Below, one piece after another: positions 28,092 to 37,031 of a stretch of DNA of 64,000 nt. The stretch is taken from assembly GCA_965248235.1 (NCBI GenBank), contig CBDFIU010000001.1, positions 151,313-215,312 of the forward strand. Direction: 5' to 3'. The position numbers and the translations under genes are program-made. Within the stretch, counting starts at the first letter, position 1; each line of letters begins with the position of its first letter. The notes below the pieces were generated by a model. That model saw only the letters and a list, made by a program, of their open reading frames with translations. It made no database searches and was not told the DNA's origin. This DNA comes from Bryobacterales bacterium. GTDB lineage: Bacteria; Acidobacteriota; Terriglobia; Bryobacterales; UBA6623.

Positions 28092-28245
28092 GGGGGGTTA
28101 GGCCTCGGGCACCCGAGAAACCGGCGCGACAGGCACTTGCGTGATTTGCCTCACCCGCGGCGACCGTCGACAATACTTCCAACCTTAAGCGACCGGCTCA
28201 CCCATGTCAAAAAGAAGATCGCGGCCTACCCGGCGCCGCGCGCTA

Positions 28246-29073
28246 TTACGGCCAGGTGCGGTTCAGCAGCTCGGCGAGGCGGACGCCGCCTTTGGCCAAT
28301 TGTTCATCGATCACTTCGCGAGCCCGCCTCACATACTCTTCATCGAGCACCTTAGGTGATCCCGCGGGCAGCGCCGCGTAGGCGACGCGAATGGCAATCA
28401 AGTGCGCTTCCCAACTCCAATCCCGAAGAACGCCTTTCCGCCAACGGCGCTTGAACTCCGGCGTGATGCGACGGCTGAGCCTTTCAGCCAGCTCTTCTTC
28501 GCTCTCGCCGCCGAGCTTGAGGATTCCCGAGTCCCAAGCTCGGTGAAGGTTCATCGAGCGACCGTTGAGTTCCACGGGAATGTCGTTTCCTCCGCGATCT
28601 TGCGGATGGCCCAGGTGCAGCGGCTGGTGCAGGTCTCCGCCGAAATGAACGATGTATTTGATCGGTTCGAGCAGATCATCCTTTTTGCGCAGGGCGAGGC
28701 GGGCGATCCCGATAAATTCACGCGTTTTCCAGGCGATGCAATCACCCTCGGGACAGTCGCGCTCCATCACGAGCGACGTTGCCTCGGGTGTGATGTCGAG
28801 GTAATGCCAGGGGCCGCTTTCGGGACGCTCCGCGCGGATCTCGTCCGCCCAAAGGGCCAGGTCCGCCAAGGAGAAGTCTTTGCCGAAATAGAACGCCAGC
28901 CGGCCGCGCGCCTTCGGGTTGAGATGCTGCTGCGCGATGCGGGCGATGACTCGATGTCCGAGCGGCCCCCAGGCGCGGGCCGGGCCGGGCAGAACGACGG
29001 CGAGAATCGCCGCGGCAACAAGCAGCCGGAACCCGTTGCGTTTCGAGTGGCCCGAAAACCGTGAGACCGTCAT
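28246..29073 (-). CDS. S1/P1 nuclease family protein, secreted
   Basis: The mature N-terminus 'WGPLGHRVIARIAQQHL' matches the family. 'GPWHYLD', 'HFGGDLHQPLH' and 'NLHRAWD' are zinc-ligand motifs. Confidence 0.8.
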   Translation of the reverse strand: MTVSRFSGHSKRNGFRLLVAAAILAVVLPGPARAWGPLGHRVIARIAQQHLNPKARGRLAFYFGKDFSLADLALWADEIRAERPESGPWHYLDITPEATSLVMERDCPEGDCIAWKTREFIGIARLALRKKDDLLEPIKYIVHFGGDLHQPLHLGHPQDRGGNDIPVELNGRSMNLHRAWDSGILKLGGESEEELAERLSRRITPEFKRRWRKGVLRDWSWEAHLIAIRVAYAALPAGSPKVLDEEYVRRAREVIDEQLAKGGVRLAELLNRTWP

Positions 29074-29189
29074 AACCTTGTTACGATACTAGAAGTTCGG
29101 CGCTGCTGAAACGCCGTCCCGCCGGGTTTCGCGCGGAGAAACTCCATTTGGAAGCCGCGCGATCGGACCCATCCCATCGAGCCGACCCC

Positions 29190-30224
29190 ATGACCGTTGC
29201 CGAAATTGCCCAGTTGGTAGGTGGCTCCGTTGAGGGCGATACCGATCTCGAAATCCGTGCCGGCAATGCCGTGGAAGCGGCCGCGGCGGACGAGATTTCT
29301 TTCGTGCAAGGCGATCGCGTCGAGCAGGCGCGTGACGCCGCGGCAGGCTGTCTGCTTGTCCCGGCCGACCAGCCGGCGGTCAAAGGCAAGACGCTCATCC
29401 GCGTTGACCGGCCGCGCAACGCGTTCGCCAAAGTGCTCGAGGTGTTGCATCCGCCCGATCGGCCGGCCCCGGGCGTTCACCCTTCCGCCGTCGTGGCCGA
29501 CTCGGCGAAGTTGGGCGAAGGCGTCGCGCTAGCCCCCGGGGCGGTCATTGACAAGGATGTCGAAATCAGCTCGCGTTCCGTCATCGGTCCGCGCTCTGTC
29601 ATCGGGCGGGGCTGTCGCATCGGAACCGATTGCCGTTTGTCGGCGGGCGTGGTTCTCTATCCCGGCGTGACGCTGGGCGACCGCGTGATTCTGCATTCCG
29701 GCTGCATCGTCGGGGCCGACGGCTTCGGCTACATCTTCGAGGGCGACCACTATGAGAAGTTTCCGCAGCTCGGCACGGTTGAAATCGCCGATGACGTGGA
29801 ACTCGGGGCCAACGTCTGCGTCGACCGGGGAGCGCTCGGAGCCACCACGATCGGCGCGGGAACGAAGCTCGATAACCTGGTCCACATCGGCCACAATTGC
29901 CGCATCGGGCGGCATGTCGTCATCGCCGCGCAAACCGGGCTGTCGGGCGGATGCGTCGTCGAGGACTACGTCGTGATGGGCGGCCAGGTCGGGATGGGCG
30001 AGCAGGCCCACATCGGAGCCAAGGCCCACATCGGCGGCCAAGCCGGGGTCCTTCCGCATCGCCGCGTTCCCGCCGGACAAACCGTCTGGGGCACCCCCTC
30101 GCGCCCTCATCGCGAATACTTGAAGAAGCAAGCCCTGGTCGAGCGCTTGCCGAAGATCGTCGCCAAACTGCGCGATATCGAGAAGAAGCTCGACGCCAAG
30201 TCGGAAGGGGAGCCCGAAAAGTGA
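29190..30224 (+). CDS. lpxD: UDP-3-O-acylglucosamine N-acyltransferase
   Basis: 'MTVAEIAQLVGGSVEGDTDLEIRAGNAVEAAAADEISFV' N-domain, then long left-handed beta-helix hexapeptide repeats and a C-terminal helix. ATG 29190. Confidence 0.85.
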   Translation: MTVAEIAQLVGGSVEGDTDLEIRAGNAVEAAAADEISFVQGDRVEQARDAAAGCLLVPADQPAVKGKTLIRVDRPRNAFAKVLEVLHPPDRPAPGVHPSAVVADSAKLGEGVALAPGAVIDKDVEISSRSVIGPRSVIGRGCRIGTDCRLSAGVVLYPGVTLGDRVILHSGCIVGADGFGYIFEGDHYEKFPQLGTVEIADDVELGANVCVDRGALGATTIGAGTKLDNLVHIGHNCRIGRHVVIAAQTGLSGGCVVEDYVVMGGQVGMGEQAHIGAKAHIGGQAGVLPHRRVPAGQTVWGTPSRPHREYLKKQALVERLPKIVAKLRDIEKKLDAKSEGEPEK

Positions 30225-30829
30225 AACTCGTCGTGATCGGCGGCCACAGCCGAAGCGTCGGCAAGACGTCGCTCGCGGCGGGCGTCATCGCGGCTTCTCG
30301 CGAGCGGAGCTGGACGGCGCTGAAGATCACGCAATACGGCCATGGTGTCTGTTCCGACCACGGCGGAGAGTGCGACTGCGCGGTGGAAGACCCCGACTGC
30401 CCCTATGCCGTGACGCGAGAGACGGACCCGGCTTCGGGCTCCGACACGTCGCGTTTCTTGCAAGCCGGCGCCGCCGAGGTCTATTGGGTTCGCACGCGCG
30501 TGGGGCAACTCGACACGGCCATGCCGGAGTTGCGACGGCTGCTCGACGAACGCGAGTTCGTCATCATGGAGTCCAACAGTATCTTGCGGTTTCTCGACCC
30601 CGACGTCTATTTGCCGGTGCTGCGGTTCGGCGTCGAGGATTTCAAACTCAGCAACAAGCTCTATCTGAACCGCGCCGACGCCTACGCCGTTGTCGGCAAG
30701 CTCGGGGAGGGCGCGAATTGGCCGGGAGTGGATCTTGATCTTCTCAAGAAGCGGCCGGTTTTCCCGATCGAACCGCCGACCTATGTTTCACCGGCCATCT
30801 TGCGGTTTCTCGGCGAACGCCTAGCGTAA
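30221..30829 (+). CDS. MobB-like P-loop NTPase with inserted Cys cluster (function unknown)
   Basis: GTG 30221 overlaps the lpxD stop (GTGA). Walker A 'GGHSRSVGKTS'. 'ALKITQYGHG' and 'GSDTSRFLQAGAAEVYWV' resemble the MobB 'IKHxHH...GKDSxRxxxAGA' pattern. Insert 'CSDHGGECDCAVEDPDC'. Confidence 0.5.
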   Translation: MKLVVIGGHSRSVGKTSLAAGVIAASRERSWTALKITQYGHGVCSDHGGECDCAVEDPDCPYAVTRETDPASGSDTSRFLQAGAAEVYWVRTRVGQLDTAMPELRRLLDEREFVIMESNSILRFLDPDVYLPVLRFGVEDFKLSNKLYLNRADAYAVVGKLGEGANWPGVDLDLLKKRPVFPIEPPTYVSPAILRFLGERLA

Positions 30830-31035
30830 CGTCGGGTGCCGAGGCGTCGCCGGTAAGGGCGGTCTTCGGGACCGAAGGCGCGGACCTACCCGACAACCGT
30901 GCTTTCGGGGCTTACGTCTGTTACCATCTTGTTTTGCCGCCCCTTCCCGGTCGTCATCAGCTCAGACCGGTCGTGCCGACGAAGACTCGGCGGAGCGCGA
31001 TGGATTGACCGCCGCAAAGCGACACGCATAGGGAG

Positions 31036-32592
31036 ATGCTGGACATGTCCGCTTTACAAGAAGCCAAGAAATTTCGGATCTTTATAACCAACCCCGCGCC
31101 CGCGGCCGAAAGGATCGACTTTTCTTTCATCACGCCGCGCGCGTTGCCCGTTATAGCCGCCGCCACGCCCGACAGAGACTACATCAAGGGCATCCGGCTG
31201 ATCGACCAAAGTGTAGAAGCCTTCCCTTGGGATGAGGTCGAGGAGGGAGATCTGGTCGGCGTCAGCATGCACACTTTCAACGCCATTCACGGTTACGCCC
31301 TGGCCGAAGAGGCGAAGAAGCGTGGGGCTACCGTCGTTTTCGGGGGCCCTCATCCCTCGATCTTCCCCGAGGAGACGCTGCTCCACGGCGACGCGGCCGT
31401 GACCGGTGACGCCGAGGATATCTGGGCCGATGTACTCGATGACTACGCCCACGGCAACCTCAAAGAGCTCTACCGCGGAGGCCAAGTGGATCCCGAGTCG
31501 TTCACCCCGGCCCGCTGGGATTTGATGAATACCGACCGCTACCTGACCGGGTCGGTGCAGACCGTCCGCGGCTGCCCCAAGCAGTGTTCGTTTTGTTCGG
31601 TCTGGGTGCAGGACGGCCGCGTCCCTCGTGTCAGGGCGAACGATGCGATCATCCTGGAGCTACAGGAGCTCTACCGCGCCGGATTCCGTCTCGTCATGTT
31701 TTCCGACGACAATTTCTACCCCTACTCGCTGGCCGACATCGCCAAGGCCCCTAACCCCGAGCAAGCCAAGGCGATGGAGGCCGGCCGCGCCAACCGCTTG
31801 GAACTGCTGGCGCGGTTGGAAAAAGAACTCCCCAACGAGATGCATTTCTGTACGCAGATCACCATGGAAGTCGCCGATGACCCGGAATATATGGCTGCCA
31901 TGCACCGCGCCGGCGTCTTAGGGGCGCTCATCGGAATCGAATCGGTTACCGAAGAAGGCCTCAAGGCGACGAACAAAACCTTCAATTCGGCCGGCAAAGA
32001 GTTGGCGCGGAAGCTGGAGACGATCCGCACCCAAGGTTTCCCTTACATCCTGGGGGCCTTCATTTTCGGAATCGAGACCGATACGGAAGACTCGCTCGAC
32101 TACACCATTCAGTTCGCGCGGGAGAGCGGCATTGCCATGGCCCAGTTCGTCCCCATGACGCCATTGCCCGGAACCGTCGACTTTCACATGATGCGGCGGG
32201 GGCGCATGGCACTGAAGCTCACCCGCGATGACTACGACTATTGGCTCGACCTCAATCACCCCAGAATCCTTTACGAGCACCCCAACCTGAGCGAGAAGGC
32301 GTTGCTGTCCAAGCTCGAAGACGCGTGGGGTGATTTTTACAGTCTCGCGTCGGTGCTGGCGCGCTGCCGCCGCTTCGGGATGTTCAAGGACTGGCGCAAG
32401 GCGATGACCTACATCGTGGTTTCCCGCGGCCTGCTGTCGCGCTACAAGCGCTACGGGCTTTCGGCCGACAGCGCCGTTAGGGGGACGAAGAAAAAACTTG
32501 CCACTTTGCTTGGACAAACGGCGTTGTCACTGATGAGGAAGCCGGCTATCCCGGCGCCGGTCGAAGAGAAATCCACCGCCGCGGCGGCATAA
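31036..32592 (+). CDS. B12-binding-domain radical SAM protein
   Basis: N-terminal Rossmann-like B12-binding region ('DLVGVSMHTFNAIHGYALAEEAKKRGATVVFGGPHPS') and radical SAM 'RGCPKQCSFCSV' (CxxxCxxC). Confidence 0.75.
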   Translation: MLDMSALQEAKKFRIFITNPAPAAERIDFSFITPRALPVIAAATPDRDYIKGIRLIDQSVEAFPWDEVEEGDLVGVSMHTFNAIHGYALAEEAKKRGATVVFGGPHPSIFPEETLLHGDAAVTGDAEDIWADVLDDYAHGNLKELYRGGQVDPESFTPARWDLMNTDRYLTGSVQTVRGCPKQCSFCSVWVQDGRVPRVRANDAIILELQELYRAGFRLVMFSDDNFYPYSLADIAKAPNPEQAKAMEAGRANRLELLARLEKELPNEMHFCTQITMEVADDPEYMAAMHRAGVLGALIGIESVTEEGLKATNKTFNSAGKELARKLETIRTQGFPYILGAFIFGIETDTEDSLDYTIQFARESGIAMAQFVPMTPLPGTVDFHMMRRGRMALKLTRDDYDYWLDLNHPRILYEHPNLSEKALLSKLEDAWGDFYSLASVLARCRRFGMFKDWRKAMTYIVVSRGLLSRYKRYGLSADSAVRGTKKKLATLLGQTALSLMRKPAIPAPVEEKSTAAAA

Positions 32593-32658
32593 TCGGTTCC
32601 GCGGCTCTCGCGGCCGAGGAACCCGTGAACGATGGGCGGGTGTGAAAACGCCCTCGAA

Positions 32659-33159
32659 TCAATTATTGCGGTAGTTGGTGAACTCCATGTGGATGCCGAT
32701 GTCCTGCTCTTTTACCGCCGCCATCACCGCCTGCAAATCGTCGCGCTTCTTCCCGCTTACCCGTACTTGATCGGCTTGAATCGAAGCCTGCACCTTGAGC
32801 TTCATTCCCTTGATCAACTTGACGATCTCGCGGCCTTTTTCCACCGGAATTCCCTGTTGCATCCCGATCTCTTGGACCACCGACGCCCCGGCCGAAGGTT
32901 TCGGTTCGTTGAATGTCAGGCCGCGCATCGGAACGCCGCGTCGAATCAGTTTCTGCTCGAGCACTTCCCGCACCTGCCGCAACGTAAAATCGTCGGGCGC
33001 GCGAACTACGATCTTCGAGCCGGCCTCGTCCAGCTCGATCTCGCTTTTGGTGTTCTTGAGGTCGTAGCGCGTACGTAATTCCTTGTCCGTCTGCTGGACG
33101 GCGTTATTGACCTCTTGCAAATCGATGCGCGATACGATGTCGAAGCTGCTTCCCGCCAT
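32659..33159 (-). CDS. yajQ: YajQ-family nucleotide (c-di-GMP)-binding protein
   Basis: 'SSFDIVSRIDLQEVNNAVQQTDKELRTRYDLK...' with full-length (166 aa) colinearity to UPF0234/YajQ. Confidence 0.85.
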   Translation of the reverse strand: MAGSSFDIVSRIDLQEVNNAVQQTDKELRTRYDLKNTKSEIELDEAGSKIVVRAPDDFTLRQVREVLEQKLIRRGVPMRGLTFNEPKPSAGASVVQEIGMQQGIPVEKGREIVKLIKGMKLKVQASIQADQVRVSGKKRDDLQAVMAAVKEQDIGIHMEFTNYRNN

Positions 33160-33205
33160 AGTCTTTTTCCTCGTGCGCCCCTAGACGATCTGTTCCGTGT
33201 CGCCC

Positions 33206-33946
33206 TCAGGGCTTCCTCATGGCTTTCAGAATCTGCTCGGAGACCTCATCCACGATTCCCGGAACCGCGGCCTCGACCGCCGCCGCGACCGCTTTGCGCA
33301 CTTCCGCCGCGTCCATGCCGGGAATCTTCGTCAGCGCGGTGTGCACAACATCAGCGAAAGGGTCATCTTCCGGCCTCGAGACCTCGGGCCGAGTCGATGC
33401 CGTCGTTTCTTCGGATGCTGTTGATTCGTCAGGCTGACCTGAGTCGGCGGCCGGGCCGTCTTCCGGCGCGGGAGCCGGGGCCGTCATCGTGTCGGCGGAC
33501 TCGGCGTTGGTTTCTTGAAGTGGCGAGTGGTCTTCCGGCTGATCGGCTTGCTCCGCATGGCCCTCAAGCAAGCCGCGTACGGTGCGAATGACCGCCTCGG
33601 GATCCAGCGGTTTTCGCAGCATGCCGTCGGAGGGGGTCCCCGACTCCAGTTCGGATTCCAAGGTTTCTCGCGGACCGGCCAACAGAATCACGCGCACATG
33701 CCCCAACTCGGGATCCATCTTGATCCGGCGGCACAGGTCGAAACCCGACAATCCGTTCATCCGCGTGCCCACAATCGCCAAGTCGGGACGATGTTCGAGC
33801 GCCCGGTCGAGCGCCTCATCGCCGTCCGACGCAAGCCAGACCTGGTAGCCCTCTTCCGCGAGGACTTGTCGTCCCATGCGGCGAGCGTGAGGGTTATCAT
33901 CGGCCAACAAGATGGAGGGCACGGCGGGTAATATCGAGAAAAGCAA
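33206..33946 (-). CDS. Receiver-domain protein lacking the phospho-acceptor Asp, with acidic disordered linker and small C-terminal helical domain
   Basis: 'ILLADDNPHARR...PDLAIVGTRMNGLSGFDLCRRIK...VILLAGP...MLRKPLD'. The acidic pair and Lys are present, but the DLxxxD position reads 'DLAIVG' (Gly in place of Asp). Confidence 0.65.
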   Translation of the reverse strand: MLFSILPAVPSILLADDNPHARRMGRQVLAEEGYQVWLASDGDEALDRALEHRPDLAIVGTRMNGLSGFDLCRRIKMDPELGHVRVILLAGPRETLESELESGTPSDGMLRKPLDPEAVIRTVRGLLEGHAEQADQPEDHSPLQETNAESADTMTAPAPAPEDGPAADSGQPDESTASEETTASTRPEVSRPEDDPFADVVHTALTKIPGMDAAEVRKAVAAAVEAAVPGIVDEVSEQILKAMRKP

Positions 33947-34024
33947 ACAGCGGCGCTTCGAGGTTATTGTACGCGACGCGAGCCGACCGCGCCGAGGAAC
34001 CTCGGGGCCCGACAGCGGCCGCGG

Positions 34025-36328
34025 CTAGCCGGAAGACTCGTCGGCCGGGGTTTTGGTCCGCTTCGATGGCACGGCTTTCTTCGTGCGCTTGGCGGCCTTC
34101 TTACGCGCGGGGGCCTTCTTGCGCGCGGGCGCCTTAGCCTTCGCGGCGGCCTTCTTGGGAGCGGAATCCGGCTCCTCCACCGCTTTCGCCTCGGATGCGG
34201 GTTCGGGCCCTTCGCCGGCTGCGGCGTCGGAGGCTGGCTCCGCGGTTTCCGCTTCCGGTGTCACATTCTCCCCGCCGGCTTCATCCTCGGCCCCGGCCGA
34301 AACCTTTTCCTCGGATTCCCGCGGCTCATCTTGCGGCGTGTCGGCCGCGGCGTCGCTCCCCGAAGCATCTTCCAAAGTGGCTTCCGCGGGCGCCGCGGGG
34401 GTTTCGCTCGCCATTTCGGCCCCGCTGGGTTGCGCCGCGGCGTCGCCGCTCTCAGTCCCCTCGGCGGCGGCCTTTTTCTTACGGGCCGATTTCCTTCGTC
34501 TGGCGGATTTTCGCGGTTTGGGGGTCGCCTCGGCTCCGCCCGCGGACTCAGCCGATGTTTCCTGCTTCGGCTTGACCTCTTGCGCCGGTAAACCCCACCG
34601 TGTCAACCGCACCCGCCGTTCGAGGTCGTCCATGTCGAGGATCCGAAACTGATAGACGCGGCCTATGGTCGGCCCTTTGCCGCTTCGCTTGCCTCCCCCT
34701 CCCAATTCCGTCGAATGACATAGCGCTTCGAGCCCCGGCGCCGGCTCGACGAACACGCCGAAAGACGTTCGCCGCAGCACCCGGGCCTCGATGACGTCGC
34801 CGACGAAATGCGTGGCGAAGAATTCGTCCCAGGGGTCCGGTTCGAGCTGCTTCATGCCCAACGAGACGCGTTTGTTCTCTTCGTCGACGTGAAGCACGAC
34901 GGCTTGCGCCATACGCCCTTTCTTAAGCAGATCCTTGGGGTGTCGTACCCTCGCGTCGCGCGTCAGGTCGGTGATATGGACAAGCCCTTCGATGCCCTCC
35001 TCCAAGAGGACAAACGCCCCGTAGGTGGTCATCGAAAGCACTTTGCCTTCCACGATCGTCCCCGTCGGGTAGCGTTCGGCGACGGTCGTCCACGGGTTGG
35101 GAGTCAGCGCTCTTACGCTCAACGAAAGACGCCGTTTCGCGGACTCGATCTTCAAGACCGCGCAGTCCACCGTTTGGCCGACCTTGAACCGTTTTGAAGG
35201 ATGCGGAGCCCGCTTAGACCAACTGATTTCGCCGGCGTGCAGCAAGCCCTCCAAACCCTTCTCGATCTCCAGGAAGACGCCGAACTCGACGGTGCGCGTC
35301 ACCCGGCCGCTAACGCGGTCGCCCTCGTTGTAACGCTCCTCCAGACCTTCCCACGGGTCCGGCTCCATGGCTTTCAGACTCAGAGACACGCGCTCTCGTT
35401 CCGGGTCGAACTTGATCACCTTGCCCCTGATCGACTCGCCGACTTTCACGATGTCGGAAGGATTGTTGACGCGGCTGTAGGAAAGATCGGTGATGTGCAG
35501 CAACGCGTCGATGCCCCCCAGGTCGACGAAGACGCCGTAGCTGGTGAGATTCTTGACCGTGCCTCCGACCACCGCGCCGAGGGTGACCTTCGACAGCGTT
35601 TCGGCTTTGCGGCGCTGAATCTCTTCCTCGATCAACACTCGCCGCGAGACGACGATATTGCCCCTTGATTTGGAATACTTGACGATTCGGACGGGAAAGT
35701 CGGTGCCGATCAGGGCCTCGGCGTCCGCTGGCGGGCGCAGGTCGAACTGCGAGGTCGGCATGAAGGCCGGCAGGCCGATATCGACTTCCAACCCTCCCTT
35801 GACGGCCCCGACCACGTGCGCCTGCACGGGGTTCCGGTCGTGGTGGGCCGTCTGGATGCCTTCCCACAGCAGCATTCGCCGGGCGCTTTGGTAGGAAAGG
35901 GAAGCGTAGTCGCCCGTGCTCCCCCGACCTTGGAAGATAACGTCGATTTCGTCGTCGAGTTGCGGCAGATCCGAGCCGTCCGGGAACTCTTCGATCGCGA
36001 CAAGCCCTTCCGTCTTTCTTCCAATGTCGACCGCCACGCCGCTCGGAAGAATTCCAACCACGCGTCCCCGGCAAAGATCGCCTTCGCGCGGAGAGCTGCT
36101 GGCGCCCTCATCCGGGGGCGGGGCGTTGTCCTGAGGCAATAAGGCTTCGGGAAGCGGGAAGTCGGTCGCGCCGTTGTCATCGGGGGAAGGGGGGCCCGGG
36201 ATTCCCGGTGTGGCCGTTTCCCGGCTGGCCGGCGGACCTTCGGACGCTTCGCCGCCCGCGGGCGCGGATGAGCCCAACGGCTTATCCGCCGCCGAGTCGG
36301 GCGGAAGATTGTTCGGATCGCCGACCAT
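34025..36328 (-). CDS. rpsA: 30S ribosomal protein S1 with long low-complexity N- and C-terminal extensions
   Basis: Six S1 (OB) repeats, e.g. 'GRVVGILPSGVAVDIGRKTEGLVAIEEF', 'GTVKNLTSYGVFVDLGGIDALLHITDLS', 'GRVTRTVEFGVFLEIEKGLEGLLHAGEIS'. About 95 aa Pro/Ala/Ser-rich N-terminus and about 200 aa acidic-then-Lys/Ala-rich C-terminus. The start codon is uncertain. Confidence 0.85.
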   Translation of the reverse strand: MVGDPNNLPPDSAADKPLGSSAPAGGEASEGPPASRETATPGIPGPPSPDDNGATDFPLPEALLPQDNAPPPDEGASSSPREGDLCRGRVVGILPSGVAVDIGRKTEGLVAIEEFPDGSDLPQLDDEIDVIFQGRGSTGDYASLSYQSARRMLLWEGIQTAHHDRNPVQAHVVGAVKGGLEVDIGLPAFMPTSQFDLRPPADAEALIGTDFPVRIVKYSKSRGNIVVSRRVLIEEEIQRRKAETLSKVTLGAVVGGTVKNLTSYGVFVDLGGIDALLHITDLSYSRVNNPSDIVKVGESIRGKVIKFDPERERVSLSLKAMEPDPWEGLEERYNEGDRVSGRVTRTVEFGVFLEIEKGLEGLLHAGEISWSKRAPHPSKRFKVGQTVDCAVLKIESAKRRLSLSVRALTPNPWTTVAERYPTGTIVEGKVLSMTTYGAFVLLEEGIEGLVHITDLTRDARVRHPKDLLKKGRMAQAVVLHVDEENKRVSLGMKQLEPDPWDEFFATHFVGDVIEARVLRRTSFGVFVEPAPGLEALCHSTELGGGGKRSGKGPTIGRVYQFRILDMDDLERRVRLTRWGLPAQEVKPKQETSAESAGGAEATPKPRKSARRRKSARKKKAAAEGTESGDAAAQPSGAEMASETPAAPAEATLEDASGSDAAADTPQDEPRESEEKVSAGAEDEAGGENVTPEAETAEPASDAAAGEGPEPASEAKAVEEPDSAPKKAAAKAKAPARKKAPARKKAAKRTKKAVPSKRTKTPADESSG

Positions 36329-36763
36329 TAGAAAACGCTACTTCCCACCCAGTCGGGTCATGGAGGCGATAGCTCGGCCGGACGGAGGCTCGCCGTCATC
36401 ATGCCGACTACAACTTTGATTCGAGTCGCGAACACAAACCCGACCCCCCACGACCGGCGGCTCGGGCGACTCGAAATCCCTGATCAGACCCCTCATGTCC
36501 GGCATCCTCTCGTGAAGCCCGCTACCCCTGTTGCGCGGTCTCCCTCTGCCGGCCGGGTTCACTATAGCGGAGCGTCCGCGGCGATGTCAATGCACTTCTA
36601 CAAGGTGTGTCAGGGCCAAAAGAAAGGCGATCCGCGGCCCTTGGCTAAGTCGCGTCGGACCCGCGCGAAGTCTTCCCATTCGCCCCGGCGGCCGGGACCG
36701 CCGAACCGAACAGATTCGAATCGTTCCACGATTCAGGTAACATACGGAACGGGTGCACGCGTC

Positions 36764-36980
36764 TAGTACTCAGACCACGTGAAAAGACACGTCTGGGAAG
36801 GCGTCCAGCTGCCGGCGCGGAGGAAACCACCGGCCAAACAGAGCCGCATCGCTGCGGGCTGTGAAAAATTGGGGACTGTACCGAGCGCCGACCGAATAAG
36901 TTCCATCAAATCAACAATTTCTCCTGGCGCGAAGTGGACTGTCCCCCAATTTTTCACAGCCCGTCACGCGATGAGATAAT
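36764..36980 (+). repeat. Family-3 composite repeat, copy X1 (contains nested MITE copy 2)
   Basis: Starts tagtactcagaccacgtgaaaagacac and continues ...ggaggaaaccac.ggccaaacagagccgcatcgc. Aligns with 38408-38552, 59447-59704 and 46766-46898. Confidence 0.75.
36856..36962 (+). mobile_element. Family-2 MITE-like element, copy 2 (nested in X1)
   Basis: Near-identical to 12397-12503 and 59552-59658. Confidence 0.8.
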
Positions 36981-37031
36981 GTGGGTATAGTGTTTTTCGG
37001 CGCCCGCGGAAGGTGCCATGCGGAGGCTGTC

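Noticed and set aside
28246-29073. S1/P1 nuclease plus kinase as a possible defence module.
   Set aside because: The nuclease has a signal peptide and the classic secreted zinc-nuclease motifs. No ATPase, methylase or other defence hallmarks are nearby, and there is no mobile-element context.
36707-36727. T-arm-like 'gaacagattcgaatcgttc', considered as a possible tRNA.
   Set aside because: No acceptor, D or anticodon arms can be built around it. It is a simple palindrome (gattcgaatc).
36763-36957. Small 'conserved' ORFs inside the MITE and family-3 repeats (for example 'MKNWGTVHFAPGEIVDLMELIRSALGTVP.FSQP' at 36763-36957 and 59453-59653, and the '...CLFTWSEY*' endings).
   Set aside because: Conservation is at the nucleotide level. 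Copies differ by 1-nt indels that break any common frame (X2 versus X3 between cctccgcc and aaggtcgggg). The GTV/WGTV similarity at both ends is just the terminal inverted repeat translated.
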